A DNA stretch of 64,000 bases from a virus, in IMG/VR virus record IMGVR_UViG_3300042556_001316, positions 2,763 to 66,762 of that record; one strand, written 5' to 3'. The position numbers were made by a program, and so were the translations under genes. The notes below the pieces were generated by a model. That model was not told the origin of the DNA. It made no database searches and worked only from the letters and a program-made list of their open reading frames with translations. Shown here piece by piece: positions 1 to 9,438 of this stretch (the stretch's first letter is position 1; each line of letters opens with the position of its first letter).

Positions 1-161
1 TTTAAAGAAAACCCCTCACTATATTAATACCGATCATTTGACGCGTGAAATGTTGGCTTTTATGTCTAAAAACTACAATTCTATTTTTACCAAAATATAA
101 AAACAAATAGGGGCGCGACTATTTAACGCGCTTTAATTTTTAACCTTAAATAAATAAAAAA

Positions 162-344
162 ATGAAAAACGCAAACACATTTTTAACCTTGATGCTTATT
201 ACTTCTATTTTAATGCTTGTTAGCTTTATTACTGCAAACATTAATTTGCTTTTATTTTCGGAAATTTTCTTTTTTATTTCCGGCGCAGCTTTTTACATCA
301 TTAATAAAAACCTAAAAAAACAAGAAAATGCAAAAAGATTTTAA
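162..344 (+). CDS. small membrane protein
   Basis: 60 aa, two hydrophobic stretches, A-rich start context. Confidence 0.6.
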   Translation: MKNANTFLTLMLITSILMLVSFITANINLLLFSEIFFFISGAAFYIINKNLKKQENAKRF

Positions 345-413
345 AACCGCCGTTTTTATCGTCATCATATTTTTATTAATAACCCTAGCAGATAACCTAT
401 AAAACCCTATAAA

Positions 414-545
414 ATGCAAACACTCAACACACTTTTACCCGTGCTTTATATCATTACTTTGATCCTTTGCGGCTTATCTTTTACCGCTTTATTTTTAACT
501 TTTTTTTATAGTGGCTTAAAAGCCGTTAAAAACTTTTTGTTTTAA
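414..545 (+). CDS. small membrane protein (not in ORF track)
   Basis: MQTLNTLLPVLYIITLILCGLSF..., 43 aa, hydrophobic, TAAAATG start. Confidence 0.45.
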   Translation: MQTLNTLLPVLYIITLILCGLSFTALFLTFFYSGLKAVKNFLF

Positions 546-583
546 TTTACATAAATATTAATTAACTAAATAAATCTAATAAA

Positions 584-907
584 ATGACAACGCAAACAAC
601 AAACGCAATACAAGTAAACACAATAGACATAAACGCAAAAGAATGGTTTGACCGCGTTAATGGTAACAGCTATTTTGCCGGATATGTTACAATTAATTAC
701 GGCCAACCGGATAGCAAAAAAATTATTTTGTCGTTCCAATATGGTTATGGTGATAGCTATATTTATGCAGGTATTAAGGCCTTAAATGAATTGGGCCACA
801 TAACCGCGACACATACCGCCGAACTCCGCGACCATGGAATAATTTTGCGCTCTAATATCCAAAGAGGGTGCAAAAAACGTGAATTAATAGAAATAGTTAT
901 TAACTAA
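584..907 (+). CDS. hypothetical early phage protein
   Basis: 107 aa ORF with TAAAATG start. Confidence 0.75.
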   Translation: MTTQTTNAIQVNTIDINAKEWFDRVNGNSYFAGYVTINYGQPDSKKIILSFQYGYGDSYIYAGIKALNELGHITATHTAELRDHGIILRSNIQRGCKKRELIEIVIN

Positions 908-950
908 TTAAAACCATAAAAACAATATAAAAACCTTAAAACCTTAAACC

Positions 951-1802
951 ATGAAAAAAGTATTTACCGACATTTCACAAGTTGCACATCTTTGGGCTAA
1001 TCAATTACAAGACGAGGCCCGTAATACCGGAAATTTTTATTTTGACGGCTCAACTATTTATAGTTACGGCGGCCACTTTCCAATCGCAAAGCATGTAGAA
1101 GTTAACGGGCAAAAAGCCGTCTTATTTACTACTCGCGGCTATAGTAACACAACCGCGCGCCATATTTCAGTAACAAGACAAGCGGCTAACCATTTAAACG
1201 TAATTAAGTGCTACAACCCAAACACAACACACGAGGAAAATTTTAATAGTTGGAAAGTTAACGCGGAACTAGTGGCCGCAAAATTACCAAAGGCAAAAAA
1301 GCCGGAAAAATACTTAAACGAGCTAGAGTACATCAATAGTCAAGCCAACAAGTACGCACAATTTTTTGGGCTTGAATTACCGGCCAATTTAAGCGCCATT
1401 TTAAGCATTAAAGATAAAAACGAGTACAACGCCTACCACGAACAAAAAACGGCCATTTTAGAGGCGGAAAGGCTCAAATTGGAGGCGGAACTAAAAAAGC
1501 AACATAAAAAAGCCCTTATTGATTGGAAAGCCGGTAAAACTCATAGATTGTACACACGAATAGAAACCGACTATTTAAGAGTTAACGAGGAGGCCGCGCG
1601 AGTAGAAACCACACAGGCGGTCCAAATACCCATGGAATTAGCAAAACGCCTATTTTATAGCATAAAGGAAAACACGCTAAAAGTCGGGGACAAAGTGCTA
1701 AATTTTGAAGTCAACGAAGTAGGCGCAAAAGTTAAAATCGGTTGCCACACGTTCACAAAAAAGTATCTTTTGCAATTTGGCGCGCAAATATTCGCAAACT
1801 AA
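951..1802 (+). CDS. hypothetical early phage protein
   Basis: 283 aa ORF with clean start and stop. Confidence 0.85.
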   Translation: MKKVFTDISQVAHLWANQLQDEARNTGNFYFDGSTIYSYGGHFPIAKHVEVNGQKAVLFTTRGYSNTTARHISVTRQAANHLNVIKCYNPNTTHEENFNSWKVNAELVAAKLPKAKKPEKYLNELEYINSQANKYAQFFGLELPANLSAILSIKDKNEYNAYHEQKTAILEAERLKLEAELKKQHKKALIDWKAGKTHRLYTRIETDYLRVNEEAARVETTQAVQIPMELAKRLFYSIKENTLKVGDKVLNFEVNEVGAKVKIGCHTFTKKYLLQFGAQIFAN

Positions 1803-1993
1803 TTAAACAACCAATAAAACCTAATAAAATGACAAACAAACAAGCCTTTGAAAAATTAATATCGCTTTATGACATTTGCGACCTATTACAAGACATGAAC
1901 GAGGAACAAACCGCCGAAGAAATGCGCAAAACCCTCAATAAATTATCGGCTTATATTCAATCATTAAACAACCAATAAAACCTAATAAAATGA
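1802..1993 (+). repeat. 31-bp perfect direct repeat (1802-1832, 1963-1993)
   Basis: ATTAAACAACCAATAAAACCTAATAAAATGA twice, each copy ending at a start codon. Confidence 0.9.
1829..1978 (+). CDS. hypothetical protein
   Basis: Likely true start MTNKQAFEK at 1829, inside track ORF 1742..1978. Confidence 0.65.
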   Translation: MTNKQAFEKLISLYDICDLLQDMNEEQTAEEMRKTLNKLSAYIQSLNNQ

Positions 1994-2316
1994 ACAAATA
2001 CAACCAGCAATTAAATGAAATTAGAGTAAACGTAATACAAGACCTCAAAAAACTAAAAAATAAGATATTTTTTCGGGGCAAATTGGAGGACTTTTGGGAG
2101 GTTTGTTTTGAATTACCGCAAACCTACACATTGAGTAAATACGATCAACAAACGCAATATTTTATTACTGAATTATTGGAAATTAACGGGGAATTAAGGG
2201 CAAAGGGAATAGACAACGAGGGCAACGGAAAGGAGCATTTTTTTGATATTTACCACTTATCAACGGAAACCCTCATAGATATTTTAGATTTTGAACCCGT
2301 GCAAATTGATCAATAA
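1990..2316 (+). CDS. hypothetical protein
   Basis: 108 aa ORF in the tandem early array. Confidence 0.75.
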   Translation: MNKYNQQLNEIRVNVIQDLKKLKNKIFFRGKLEDFWEVCFELPQTYTLSKYDQQTQYFITELLEINGELRAKGIDNEGNGKEHFFDIYHLSTETLIDILDFEPVQIDQ

Positions 2317-2338
2317 AAAAAAATTAAAAACTTAAAAA

Positions 2339-2536
2339 ATGACATACGAAAACTATTTATTTAGCCAATTATTAGCCATTTATAGCCCTGATTTTGCCGC
2401 GCTCCCTTATGATTGGCAATATAATGATATCCCTATATTATACGCAGATTTTGAGCAAAGCGCCTTCAATGTTGATAATATAGGACTTTATGAATGTATT
2501 ATTAACTACCTACAAAACAAATACCCAAAACATTAA
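2339..2536 (+). CDS. hypothetical protein
   Basis: 65 aa ORF, A-rich start. Confidence 0.7.
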   Translation: MTYENYLFSQLLAIYSPDFAALPYDWQYNDIPILYADFEQSAFNVDNIGLYECIINYLQNKYPKH

Positions 2537-2648
2537 AAAATTAAAACCATAGTAAACAATGAATTTTAACTACCTATTAACAACAAGCCATATTTTTTAC
2601 TTATAATTTTACGTTCTATTTTACACAAATCAAAAAAAAATTAAAACT

Positions 2649-2816
2649 ATGTCAAAGATCAACAAACTAAAAGCGCAAATTTTAGCGTTAAACAACCGAA
2701 TTAAGACCGGTAAAGTTAAAAACGTGTATTCTATTCAAAACAAAATTAAGCAGCTTAAAAACGACCTTAAAATTGAACTAGATAACTATAATTGGGAAAA
2801 CTACCTATCTAACTAA
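2649..2816 (+). CDS. small basic protein (not in ORF track)
   Basis: MSKINKLKAQILALNNRIK..., 55 aa, TTAAAACTATG start context like its neighbours. Confidence 0.55.
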   Translation: MSKINKLKAQILALNNRIKTGKVKNVYSIQNKIKQLKNDLKIELDNYNWENYLSN

Positions 2817-2959
2817 TTAAACCCCTATTTAATGGCAGCCGCTATTTTATTAACCATTTTATTAACATTATTTGTAGGCGCGGATCTTACCGACAAAGAA
2901 ACCGGCTACATTAACAACAATTTTGAAGATATTAATAACAATTAAAAAAAAAATAAACT

Positions 2960-3478
2960 ATGAAAAACACAATTTTAAAAATTGTAAAACAAAATGAATA
3001 TGACCGATATATATTTATTACTTACTCAAATGATGAAATTGTAGGCTTAAATTTTTGGCAAGGCCTTTACAAAGAAAGTTATGAATGTGCAATGGAGGAT
3101 AAAATATATGAGCCTTGTATTCATTTAACTGACATATACAATAGATTAAAGATAATTTATGAAGAAATTAGCAATGAAGAAAGAATTAATAAAGCTATTG
3201 ATTTATACAATGATGCATTTGTTATTCAAGGGAGAGGCCAAAAAGAAAATAGTTTATTGCCCAAAGCACAAACCGAAATAATTAAAGAGGCACTAAATTA
3301 TTATTTAGAGCAATTTAAAAAATTTAATGAATTGCCTACTGAAAATGAAGAATATAAAATATATGATTTAACCCAATTACAAGCACTAATGAATTATGAC
3401 GTTAAAATTGAATTAACCAGCAAAGAAAAAGAAAATTTCACTTTTAAAAACGGGATTGATTTTCCTATATATAACTAA
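2960..3478 (+). CDS. hypothetical protein
   Basis: 172 aa ORF. Confidence 0.75.
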   Translation: MKNTILKIVKQNEYDRYIFITYSNDEIVGLNFWQGLYKESYECAMEDKIYEPCIHLTDIYNRLKIIYEEISNEERINKAIDLYNDAFVIQGRGQKENSLLPKAQTEIIKEALNYYLEQFKKFNELPTENEEYKIYDLTQLQALMNYDVKIELTSKEKENFTFKNGIDFPIYN

Positions 3479-3493
3479 TAAACCATTTAAACT

Positions 3494-3706
3494 ATGAAAA
3501 AACCACTTACCGCCATGCAATTATGGGAATTTTTAACCAGCTTACACGAGGAAGGCCACGATTTAGAAAACATTAAAGTATTATACCGATATGATAGGGA
3601 TAGTGATGATGTATTTGTATATGCAGCAGAGGAGGACTTATACGATATGAAAACCAATAGCGTATTAGAAACAATAATGTTATTAACTAACCCCGATCAA
3701 ATATAA
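3494..3706 (+). CDS. hypothetical protein
   Basis: 70 aa acidic ORF, TTAAACTATG start. Confidence 0.7.
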   Translation: MKKPLTAMQLWEFLTSLHEEGHDLENIKVLYRYDRDSDDVFVYAAEEDLYDMKTNSVLETIMLLTNPDQI

Positions 3707-3711
3707 ACAAT

Positions 3712-3906
3712 ATGGAAGAAGATCTATTTAACACTCCCGAACTATTACCCCAAGAAGTTAGGGATATTATTGAAAAATACGAGGAAATGGACACTTGTTA
3801 TGAAATGTGCCAAAACCTAATTGAAGAATTAGAGCCGCACGGATATACTTGCGACTATGGACTTGACGGAATACCCTATGAATTAACCACAATTAAAAAA
3901 AATTAA
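3712..3906 (+). CDS. hypothetical protein
   Basis: 64 aa acidic ORF. Confidence 0.7.
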   Translation: MEEDLFNTPELLPQEVRDIIEKYEEMDTCYEMCQNLIEELEPHGYTCDYGLDGIPYELTTIKKN

Positions 3907-3917
3907 AACCAATTAAA

Positions 3918-4181
3918 ATGGATATTAGAGAAGAATATTATGAACGAGCAACAAGATTTGCTATTGAGTACGGCTACACTGATGTAAGTGAGCATATTTT
4001 TGATGTTATGGTTTCTATTATGTGTACGCGTGATAAAACCTCGCACTCTGGAGGTAGTTTTGTACAAGCAGTAGTAAACAACGATTTGTATGCAGCTTTG
4101 AGCAAAGCAGATGCCGATTGCAGAAACAATATTTATTTACTAACTATGTGTAAGGAAAATTGTTTCCTGAATGAATTTTAA
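3918..4181 (+). CDS. hypothetical protein
   Basis: 87 aa ORF with GGSFVQAVVNNDL motif. Confidence 0.7.
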   Translation: MDIREEYYERATRFAIEYGYTDVSEHIFDVMVSIMCTRDKTSHSGGSFVQAVVNNDLYAALSKADADCRNNIYLLTMCKENCFLNEF

Positions 4182-4193
4182 ATCAATTAAACT

Positions 4194-4400
4194 ATGAAAA
4201 CAACAACAAATTACCTATCAAATAGGTACACAATCGCCAATGTAACCGCAACCAATGGAGAAGTTACAAGAACTGAAAGCATTGATCTAATCAACAATGA
4301 ATTATTTGCTGATGCCGGATCAACTAATGACATCAAAGAACTTTATGAAGGGTTTTGGGGCGGACAAATACAAGTAACCAACATTGAATTAACCAATTAA
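4194..4400 (+). CDS. hypothetical protein
   Basis: 68 aa ORF, TTAAACTATG start. Confidence 0.7.
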   Translation: MKTTTNYLSNRYTIANVTATNGEVTRTESIDLINNELFADAGSTNDIKELYEGFWGGQIQVTNIELTN

Positions 4401-4554
4401 AAAAAATTAAACTATGAAACTAATAAAAATGAAAAGATTACGAATTTACAAGACCGGCTATAACATTTACTTATTGCCAACCATTAATTACTATCATGTA
4501 ACAAGAATTTTAGAAATTTCTTTCCTTAAATACACCCTTAAAATTAGTTAAACT

Positions 4555-4821
4555 ATGGAAAACAAGACATTATTAATAGATAGAAACGCTTTTTGCGATT
4601 GGTATTTTGATCATGATATTTGTAAAGAATTTGTATATGCACACGGCATAATACAAGAACTAAAAGACGAAGGCACTTTCACAATAACATTGGACCACAT
4701 TTTAGATAGTGCTGGATATTTACCTAGTAATTTAGTATCAAGCCAACAAGAAGTAGTTATTCTTGATGAACTAGATGAAGTTGATATGTCCTATTATGAT
4801 AAGATAATATTTGCAGATTAA
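4555..4821 (+). CDS. hypothetical acidic protein
   Basis: 88 aa ORF, TTAAACTATG start. Confidence 0.7.
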   Translation: MENKTLLIDRNAFCDWYFDHDICKEFVYAHGIIQELKDEGTFTITLDHILDSAGYLPSNLVSSQQEVVILDELDEVDMSYYDKIIFAD

Positions 4822-4851
4822 AAAAATTAAATAAATTTAAACTAAATTAAA

Positions 4852-5109
4852 ATGAAAACATACAATATATCTGGCACTTCATCAACCCGTATTTACTACT
4901 TATTTAGATGTGATGATCAAAATAGACCTTCTACTATGCAAACTGATGAAAGCTATGCTCTTGATGAATATGATGAAGTATATAAATTAAAGGGCGAATT
5001 AGACGCCAAAGGTATTAACTACGACCTTCTTATTGAAAGATTTAATTTAGACAATGATGAAGTATTAAGCAATGATTATATAATCCAAAATAACTATAAA
5101 AACGATTAA
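4852..5109 (+). CDS. hypothetical protein
   Basis: 85 aa ORF. Confidence 0.7.
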   Translation: MKTYNISGTSSTRIYYLFRCDDQNRPSTMQTDESYALDEYDEVYKLKGELDAKGINYDLLIERFNLDNDEVLSNDYIIQNNYKND

Positions 5110-5112
5110 AAC

Positions 5113-5316
5113 ATGAAAAAATTATTAATTGTATGTGTTGCATTTGCAATGTCATGTGCGAGTTCAAAACAACCCCCAATACCCCCCGAACAATTAGATT
5201 TCCCCCCTGAATTTGACAAGTACACAATTAGCCATGATAGAGCCAACCCAACCTTATTAATGGCAGTTTACGATACAACCACAAAAAAATACATATTTGA
5301 ATTTATGGACAATTAA
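5113..5316 (+). CDS. putative lipoprotein
   Basis: MKK, hydrophobic stretch, AMSC lipobox-like. Confidence 0.65.
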   Translation: MKKLLIVCVAFAMSCASSKQPPIPPEQLDFPPEFDKYTISHDRANPTLLMAVYDTTTKKYIFEFMDN

Positions 5317-5383
5317 ACCCCATAAATATTTGTTTAATTAAATTAATTATTTAACTTTACTTTTCAAAAAAACTAAATAGGAT

Positions 5384-5614
5384 ATGACAAAGAAGGAAAT
5401 GCTGCGCGATACCATGTACCGCATGTATAAGGGAGATACCATACCATTTGCAGACATGGACGATTTTATAGCTATGTGGAAAGCCTTAGCTGATAAATGG
5501 GAAGTATACCTGACTGATGAGGAATGGGATCAATTTGCCGAAGAAATCAATAGTGAAGCCTCCAATAGACAAAACGTATTTAACGAGATTTTTGACAAAC
5601 ATTTTAACCAATAA
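5384..5614 (+). CDS. hypothetical protein
   Basis: 76 aa ORF. Confidence 0.7.
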   Translation: MTKKEMLRDTMYRMYKGDTIPFADMDDFIAMWKALADKWEVYLTDEEWDQFAEEINSEASNRQNVFNEIFDKHFNQ

Positions 5615-5626
5615 AACCAATTAACA

Positions 5627-5839
5627 ATGACAAAGTATGAATTAGTAAAAATTACAAACACAGATGAAACTATTGTATATTTTATTAGAAAGGACGGGGT
5701 ACATTCAATATCAGGATCATTTACTACAAAATTATATCAAGCAGAAATAATGTTAGAAAATTTTGAGAGAGGCAAACCAGACGAACCTATTTATGAAACA
5801 TTAAAAACAATTGAAGTAGAGGAAAATACCAATGACTAA
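5627..5839 (+). CDS. hypothetical protein
   Basis: 70 aa ORF. Confidence 0.7.
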   Translation: MTKYELVKITNTDETIVYFIRKDGVHSISGSFTTKLYQAEIMLENFERGKPDEPIYETLKTIEVEENTND

Positions 5840-6041
5840 AAAAACCAAACAAATTAGCGTATTAGAATATGCTAGTAAAGTAAACCCTGAATTTTTCAGG
5901 AAGAATAGGAAGTACCCCGATACCCCCATGACAAGACACGCTATTATGTATCGGATCAAAAACAATATGCCACTACCCGAAGTATTAAAGTACAACCGAG
6001 TAGGCAAGGTACATGTATTGACCGTAGATGCGAATTTTTAA
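5832..6041 (+). CDS. putative small DNA-binding protein
   Basis: Basic; SVLEYA...TRHAIMYRIK pattern resembles excisionase-type HTH. Confidence 0.55.
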   Translation: MTKKTKQISVLEYASKVNPEFFRKNRKYPDTPMTRHAIMYRIKNNMPLPEVLKYNRVGKVHVLTVDANF

Positions 6042-6061
6042 ATCAAAAAAAAGTAAATCAA

Positions 6062-6259
6062 ATGAAAACAAATTTAGAATGGGTAATCAATTGTATTAAC
6101 TCATGTACTAACCTAGAACAATTAAAGACATGTGAAGTGATTATTGCGCTTTACAAATTTAGATTAGCCAAAGACGGCATGACGGAGGCAGATATATACG
6201 GAGAGGAGAGCCAATTATTAACCGCTTATTTAGATAAGGAGGCTATGTTATTAATCTAA
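6062..6259 (+). CDS. hypothetical protein
   Basis: 65 aa ORF. Confidence 0.7.
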   Translation: MKTNLEWVINCINSCTNLEQLKTCEVIIALYKFRLAKDGMTEADIYGEESQLLTAYLDKEAMLLI

Positions 6260-6453
6260 TGGGTAATAGATACCAAATATCCGAATCTGCCATGATCCAA
6301 ATGGAAAATGACTACTTGAAGGAGAGGATAGAATTGCTAAAAAATGAAGTTAGATACTTAAAGGAAAAGTTATTGTCTTATGAGGAAACCAGCACCGGAA
6401 AGGGATATAATGCAGAGCAAACGTCAAGAACTCAAATCATCAGGGATAATTGA
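6259..6453 (+). CDS. hypothetical coiled-coil protein
   Basis: TAATG-coupled to the upstream gene. Confidence 0.6.
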   Translation: MGNRYQISESAMIQMENDYLKERIELLKNEVRYLKEKLLSYEETSTGKGYNAEQTSRTQIIRDN

Positions 6454-6601
6454 GGTATGGGTAAATGATAGCTTGTATGCAACGAAACAATTTAAGGGTA
6501 AAAGCCACCGCAGTAAAATCATTCAGGAATGGCTGCAAATGATAGGCAAACCCTTTGAACCAAGAAAAATTTATTTAGTAGTAAAACCAATGCACCTATG
6601 A
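6380..6601 (+). CDS. hypothetical protein
   Basis: 73 aa ORF, ATGA-coupled to the next gene. Confidence 0.6.
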   Translation: MRKPAPERDIMQSKRQELKSSGIIEVWVNDSLYATKQFKGKSHRSKIIQEWLQMIGKPFEPRKIYLVVKPMHL

Positions 6602-6825
6602 CAAACATGACACCAATTAGACAAGTAATGGAGGCTAGAAGTTTCCGTAACCAAAATGATTTTGACTCATGGCTTTTAGATAACTTTGATAGGCTATTTG
6701 AGGCAGAAAAAGAAATGATAGCAGAGGCTATGGAATATGCTTTTGATGAGGACGGGCATAGCAAAACATGGCGCAAAAACGTAATTGAGAAGTATTATTT
6801 GGAAAAGTACATTGAAAAAAAATAA
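6598..6825 (+). CDS. hypothetical protein
   Basis: 75 aa ORF. Confidence 0.7.
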   Translation: MTNMTPIRQVMEARSFRNQNDFDSWLLDNFDRLFEAEKEMIAEAMEYAFDEDGHSKTWRKNVIEKYYLEKYIEKK

Positions 6826-6836
6826 AAAACTAAACC

Positions 6837-7049
6837 ATGACCGATTTACAAAAGCAATACATAGACCAAAACTACCAGCATGAGCCAATATCCATGATGA
6901 TACCCAATATCAACCTAACCTATTTGCAGATATTGACATATTACAAATCAATGGGATATGAGCCATTAAAGAAAAGAGGTAGAAGGCATGAGTATAAAAC
7001 CCCTTCCGGCTACTTTGATATTGATAACTATAAACCTGAAACAATATAA
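6837..7049 (+). CDS. hypothetical protein (possible HTH)
   Basis: 70 aa ORF. Confidence 0.65.
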   Translation: MTDLQKQYIDQNYQHEPISMMIPNINLTYLQILTYYKSMGYEPLKKRGRRHEYKTPSGYFDIDNYKPETI

Positions 7050-7137
7050 GCTATGATTCTACTATTTATTGGGATAATAATAGTTTTACTTGCTATTATA
7101 GAGGTAATTGAAGTTTACAAACAAACAAAAAAATAAT

Positions 7138-7266
7138 ATGGAATCATATTTAGTAGCCTTTACAATATCTTTTATTGTAGCCATACCTATTTCTATTGTA
7201 TGGGTATACTTTATAGATAAAAGTAAAAAAATATTAGAGCAAGACGAAAAAAATAAATTAAAATAA
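7138..7266 (+). CDS. small single-pass membrane protein (not in ORF track)
   Basis: MESYLVAFTISFIVAIPISIVWVYF..., 42 aa. Confidence 0.45.
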   Translation: MESYLVAFTISFIVAIPISIVWVYFIDKSKKILEQDEKNKLK

Positions 7267-7326
7267 AGGTAGTAATACTACCATTTTTAGTAAAGTAATA
7301 GCTTTACTATATAACAAATTTATTAC

Positions 7327-7566
7327 ATGAGAACATTAATTATTATTGTCTTATTGTGGGTTATAGGCGCGTTAATAGTGGTTATAGCTGCCATGATAGA
7401 GCAAAAGAACAACATGGAGATTAAAATGGCTACCATGCAATCAAAATCAGATAGCCTATATGATGAAATTGTGCCATTAAAGTACCAAAATCAAAGGTAT
7501 GAGTTCATTTATGACCAGTTAAGCACAAATCCGGAAGTACAAAAAGCATTTAACGAAACCGAATAA
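7327..7566 (+). CDS. membrane-anchored coiled-coil protein
   Basis: N-terminal TM helix followed by coiled coil. Confidence 0.65.
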   Translation: MRTLIIIVLLWVIGALIVVIAAMIEQKNNMEIKMATMQSKSDSLYDEIVPLKYQNQRYEFIYDQLSTNPEVQKAFNETE

Positions 7567-7684
7567 ACAAAAAAACATGAAAAAATTAATTGGGATCTTT
7601 CAGGTAATCTTTTTCTTTTTAGTTGGCATACCAACTTTTATTTTACTTTACGGGGCAATTATTATCTCCTTTGCGATTAAGGAA

Positions 7685-7870
7685 TTAATCCTCTTCATCT
7701 TCGGGAGGCGCGAGGTCTATTTGGATAACAGATAGTATCTTTAAGTCCTTGTATTTTTGTAGCACATCAGACGTTGAAACGGCATAAACCAGCTTGGTCA
7801 TTTTGGTTCCGTCCTTGTCAAAGAATATGCGGTACGTTTTCATCAGTTTTGCCATTTGCCTTTTGGACAA
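7685..7870 (-). CDS. hypothetical protein
   Basis: Last ORF of the - strand run; overlaps the upstream stop. Confidence 0.55.
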   Translation of the reverse strand: MSKRQMAKLMKTYRIFFDKDGTKMTKLVYAVSTSDVLQKYKDLKILSVIQIDLAPPEDEED

Positions 7871-8067
7871 CCATCTGCCCCTTTTGGTGAGAAAACTTTT
7901 TTACTTGTTGTGCAGCCACATACTTCACAATAGTCCCGTAATGTACCCTGAACCCAGTGTTCGCAATCAATACAAGTTAAGAGTCTTTCTTGCGCAAGCT
8001 GGCTTTGTTCTTCTGTTGGATTGAAGGAAGCTGTGTACGATAGAAATATTTCTTTTAACTTGTTCAT
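7843..8067 (-). CDS. small Cys-rich (zinc-binding) protein
   Basis: CxxC...CxxCGC...CP-GKW; probable start MNKLKEIF at 8067. Confidence 0.7.
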   Translation of the reverse strand: MNKLKEIFLSYTASFNPTEEQSQLAQERLLTCIDCEHWVQGTLRDYCEVCGCTTSKKVFSPKGADGCPKGKWQN

Positions 8068-8924
8068 AAGAATAAATTGGTATAATCGGAGTGGTTGCCC
8101 CAATAATCATGAGTTAAAGATAAATTATCTTTGCGATATATTGAGTTATGGCTGGTAAAATGTATGCCATGATTGATATGGATAGCTTGATTTTGGCAGT
8201 TCCATTGGGTTCTATTCATGGTTTGCGTTTCAATCATACCGCTATTGGTACGCAAGGCATTGGGTAGAATGGCCAAACAATGCTCAATGGCATCATCAAA
8301 TCTCATAGTCATTTGGTGAAACGGCTCATCATTTTGGCCTCTCTCTTGCCAGCCATTGATACAAACGCCCCCGTAATTCATATTAGTAAGAACGCTGCCT
8401 CTATCAAAATCAGGGAAATCAAAGTAACCTTCGGGGTACATTACATCATGCTCTAAAAATGAAACGTAGTCATACTCTCCTGTTTCTTTGGCTGCGTAAA
8501 GACATTGCATAATTTGAAGCAACTGATTAAGATGTGATTGGGATTGGTACCAGCTTCTAACTTGATAGAAAGGGTTTTCCGGCATAGGCTCCCACATACA
8601 AGTTACAATGTCTGCTACTCCATTACTGGCTTTCTTAATTGTATCTAATGATTTATAGATTGAGGGCCATATCTTTTTATTGTTGTTATTGGAATAGAAT
8701 ATGCCCAATTTTCTGCTTTTGGACTTTGGGTATACAAATACACTACCTTCCCTTACACTGAATAAATTGCCGTCTATATCCAACTCCAAGTACTTTACCT
8801 GACCAACGGCTGGATCACCTATAATATCATTATTACACCTTACTACAAGCTTATCTGATACTACTTTATCTCTAATTAATTGAGTACAATCTTGACCTCC
8901 GTATGTTGCTTTATTTATGATCAT
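8064..8924 (-). CDS. lectin-like N-terminal domain + GT-A glycosyltransferase
   Basis: N-terminal ATYG...NDIIGDPAVGQVKYL resembles a SUEL/Gal-lectin fold; C-terminal YVSFLEHDVMY is a DxD-like motif. Confidence 0.65.
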   Translation of the reverse strand: MIINKATYGGQDCTQLIRDKVVSDKLVVRCNNDIIGDPAVGQVKYLELDIDGNLFSVREGSVFVYPKSKSRKLGIFYSNNNNKKIWPSIYKSLDTIKKASNGVADIVTCMWEPMPENPFYQVRSWYQSQSHLNQLLQIMQCLYAAKETGEYDYVSFLEHDVMYPEGYFDFPDFDRGSVLTNMNYGGVCINGWQERGQNDEPFHQMTMRFDDAIEHCLAILPNALRTNSGMIETQTMNRTQWNCQNQAIHINHGIHFTSHNSIYRKDNLSLTHDYWGNHSDYTNLFL

Positions 8925-8925
8925 A

Positions 8926-9438
8926 TTATCTTTTTGCGTGCATTATACCCATTTGATTAATATCTGTACAGAACCAACCAAATTGATTAGTTGCAAATAT
9001 TTCAAACCCTAATTCAGTTAATTTCTTTTCTAGTATCTCTTTGCATGCAGGATTATGGTATTCAACCGCTATCTCCTTTACTGATTCAAATTGTTCAGCA
9101 GTAATATCCTTCATGTGTTGCTCATGGCCTTCTATATCCATCTTGATTAGCTCTGGCTTATACTCTGTAATCAATCCCAGTAAATCATCAAAATTAGAAA
9201 TAGTTTTACAAACAAAAGTATGCTCAGGGAAAGTTGCATTTAGCTTTTCAATTTCTTGGCATGATGCGTCTACGCCAATTACTTTTTTAGCTCCTCTATT
9301 TATAAAGTATTGCGGAGTTGATTCAAATGGCTGGAACAACCAACCACAACCTAAATCCAACACTACCTTACCTTCTACGTTTTGAATGTCGTTCCAATGC
9401 TCTAATGGATTTTCCGACTCTACTACTTTTGTTGTCAT
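8926..9438 (-). CDS. FkbM-like SAM-dependent methyltransferase
   Basis: VLDLGCG motif I, LIKMDIEGHE, IAVEYH. Confidence 0.85.
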   Translation of the reverse strand: MTTKVVESENPLEHWNDIQNVEGKVVLDLGCGWLFQPFESTPQYFINRGAKKVIGVDASCQEIEKLNATFPEHTFVCKTISNFDDLLGLITEYKPELIKMDIEGHEQHMKDITAEQFESVKEIAVEYHNPACKEILEKKLTELGFEIFATNQFGWFCTDINQMGIMHAKR

